Shown: piece by piece, positions 62,882 through 64,000 of the stretch
Layout of the letters: each line of letters opens with the position of its first letter
Position numbering within the stretch: the first letter of the stretch is position 1
DNA from: Azolla caroliniana
Lineage: Eukaryota > Plantae > Polypodiophyta
Direction: 5' to 3'
Length of the DNA stretch: 64,000 bases
Assembly: GCA_043228905.1 (NCBI GenBank)
Contig: JBHGNT010000020.1
Span: forward strand, 11,718,001 to 11,782,000
The notes under the pieces: generated by a model
Database searches by the model: none
Told to the model about the DNA's origin: nothing
What the model saw: the letters and a program-made list of their open reading frames with translations, nothing else
Position numbers and translations under genes: made by a program

Positions 62882-63263
62882 TGTTGTCTGTCTGGCTGGA
62901 CTAGCCTCAACACAGGTGTCTACCCGACACTTCTCCAAAGGGGTGGTAAGGATTGGATGCTAGGTTACACGCATAAGATGATTATAATTAAGCACGGACG
63001 GCAAACAATACGAGATACAGATAAATACACAATAATTACTATTGTATTACTTCCGTCCAAAACTTTACAAATCATCGGATCCTTTTATAGGCATCCGGCA
63101 AGGTTACAATCGGTGCGCTTAGGCAACCGACATCCAAATCGGTTCGGATCCGGATCGGTACAACTGTACCGAATCCGTCCCAAATAATAATTCTACTATT
63201 ACTTCCTATTATCCGATCCGATTCCGCCTTCCCACTTGTCCTTGCTCTTCTGACCGGCCAACA
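62882..63263 (-). repeat. 5' LTR
   Basis: Near-identical to 53151-53532 and followed on the minus strand by the PBS and gag. Confidence 0.97.
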
Positions 63264-63350
63264 GTGCAACTGCAACTCGGTACTCTAATGGCATGTCAAT
63301 GTCTACCATTCTATTCCAAAGCTCACTTCGTGGTACGGTATCAAAAGCTT
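63264..63350 (-). mobile_element. Short LINE reverse-transcriptase fragment between two LTRs
   Basis: Reads (K)AFDTVPRSELWNRMVDIDMPLEYRVAVA, the KAFD motif of non-LTR RTs. Confidence 0.7.
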
Positions 63351-64000
63351 TCTTGAGAGAGAGCTCTTAACAAGAAAACTGTATATTACTTCCAACAGTA
63401 ACTAAGTTACAAGAGGTCAATTTAAATACCAACTAAACTAGGGTAAGTGCCCTTTCTACTATTTACAAAACTAGCCTGGTATGACCATAAGCTAGTGTGA
63501 AACCTATTACTATGGGAAGTTGAGTTCGACTCTCAACACGCCCCTTCGAACACAACTTCCATCTGTCGAAAAGTTGTTTCGGTTCGGTCAGCGGAATCCG
63601 GCTTCCGGCATTTGTAATCCTCGAACAGGATTGTTTGGCTTTTCGGCTTCGTGCTTGGTTCGATTAACTACGTGTTGCATTTCACGTATCGTTGCATGTT
63701 GCTTACTCGATCAATTGCATATAGTGCGTGTGTCGCTCGCAGTACTCCCCCTCAAGCTCGGCAATGTGGATGTCGTGAGACCAAGATCCGATGTGAATTG
63801 CCCGAGCTTGTCGACTCCTAAGGCCTTCGTAAAAATATTAGCAACTTGGAGGTGCGTACTGATATGTAGTAGATTGATTTCGTCGACCTGTATGCACTCG
63901 TGGATGAAGTGGTAGTGCACTTTGATATGCTTAATACGCACGTGAAATACGGGGTTTCGTGCCAAGTAGATGTTGCTCATGTTGTCGTAGTATAGGTGAA
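63351..64000 (-). mobile_element. 3' end of a Ty1/copia element (RNase H, PPT, 3' LTR about 63351-63538)
   Basis: LARNPVFHVRIKHIKVHYHFI...QVANIFTKAL...SLRG, then gaaggggcg followed by TGTTGAGAG...CTCTCAAGA. Confidence 0.85.

Larger units (their letters stand above)
53151..63263 (-). mobile_element. Full-length non-chromoviral Ty3/gypsy LTR retrotransposon with an extra 3' ORF
   Basis: 382-bp TG...CA LTRs at 53151-53532 and 62882-63263 with 2 visible differences. Domain order is gag-PR-RT-RH-INT and there is no chromodomain. Confidence 0.97.

Overview
Eukaryotic land-plant nuclear DNA. It is most likely a seed-free plant such as a fern, which is an inference from PPR style, gene structure and transposon types. 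Intact host genes: a PLS-E class PPR protein (+), ferredoxin C2 (-, 6 exons), ribosomal protein eL31 (+, 2 exons), Sec61 beta (+), a 669-aa membrane-anchored orphan protein (+) and a JOX/JAO-like 2-oxoglutarate dioxygenase (-, 3 exons). The rest is transposon-rich: copia remnants, hAT-type MITEs, two fold-back palindromes, a non-autonomous LTR element carrying a retroposed PPR fragment, a truncated LINE that appears to have transduced an ECM29 fragment, and a young 10.1-kb Ty3/gypsy element with a large extra coiled-coil ORF. The main oddities are a PPR intron that looks born by tandem duplication of coding sequence, an inverted copy of the convergent PPR/FdC2 3' ends, (TTAGGG)n translated inside the dioxygenase, and the gypsy extra ORF with its own TATA box. 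All coordinates were read by eye and no database searches were run.
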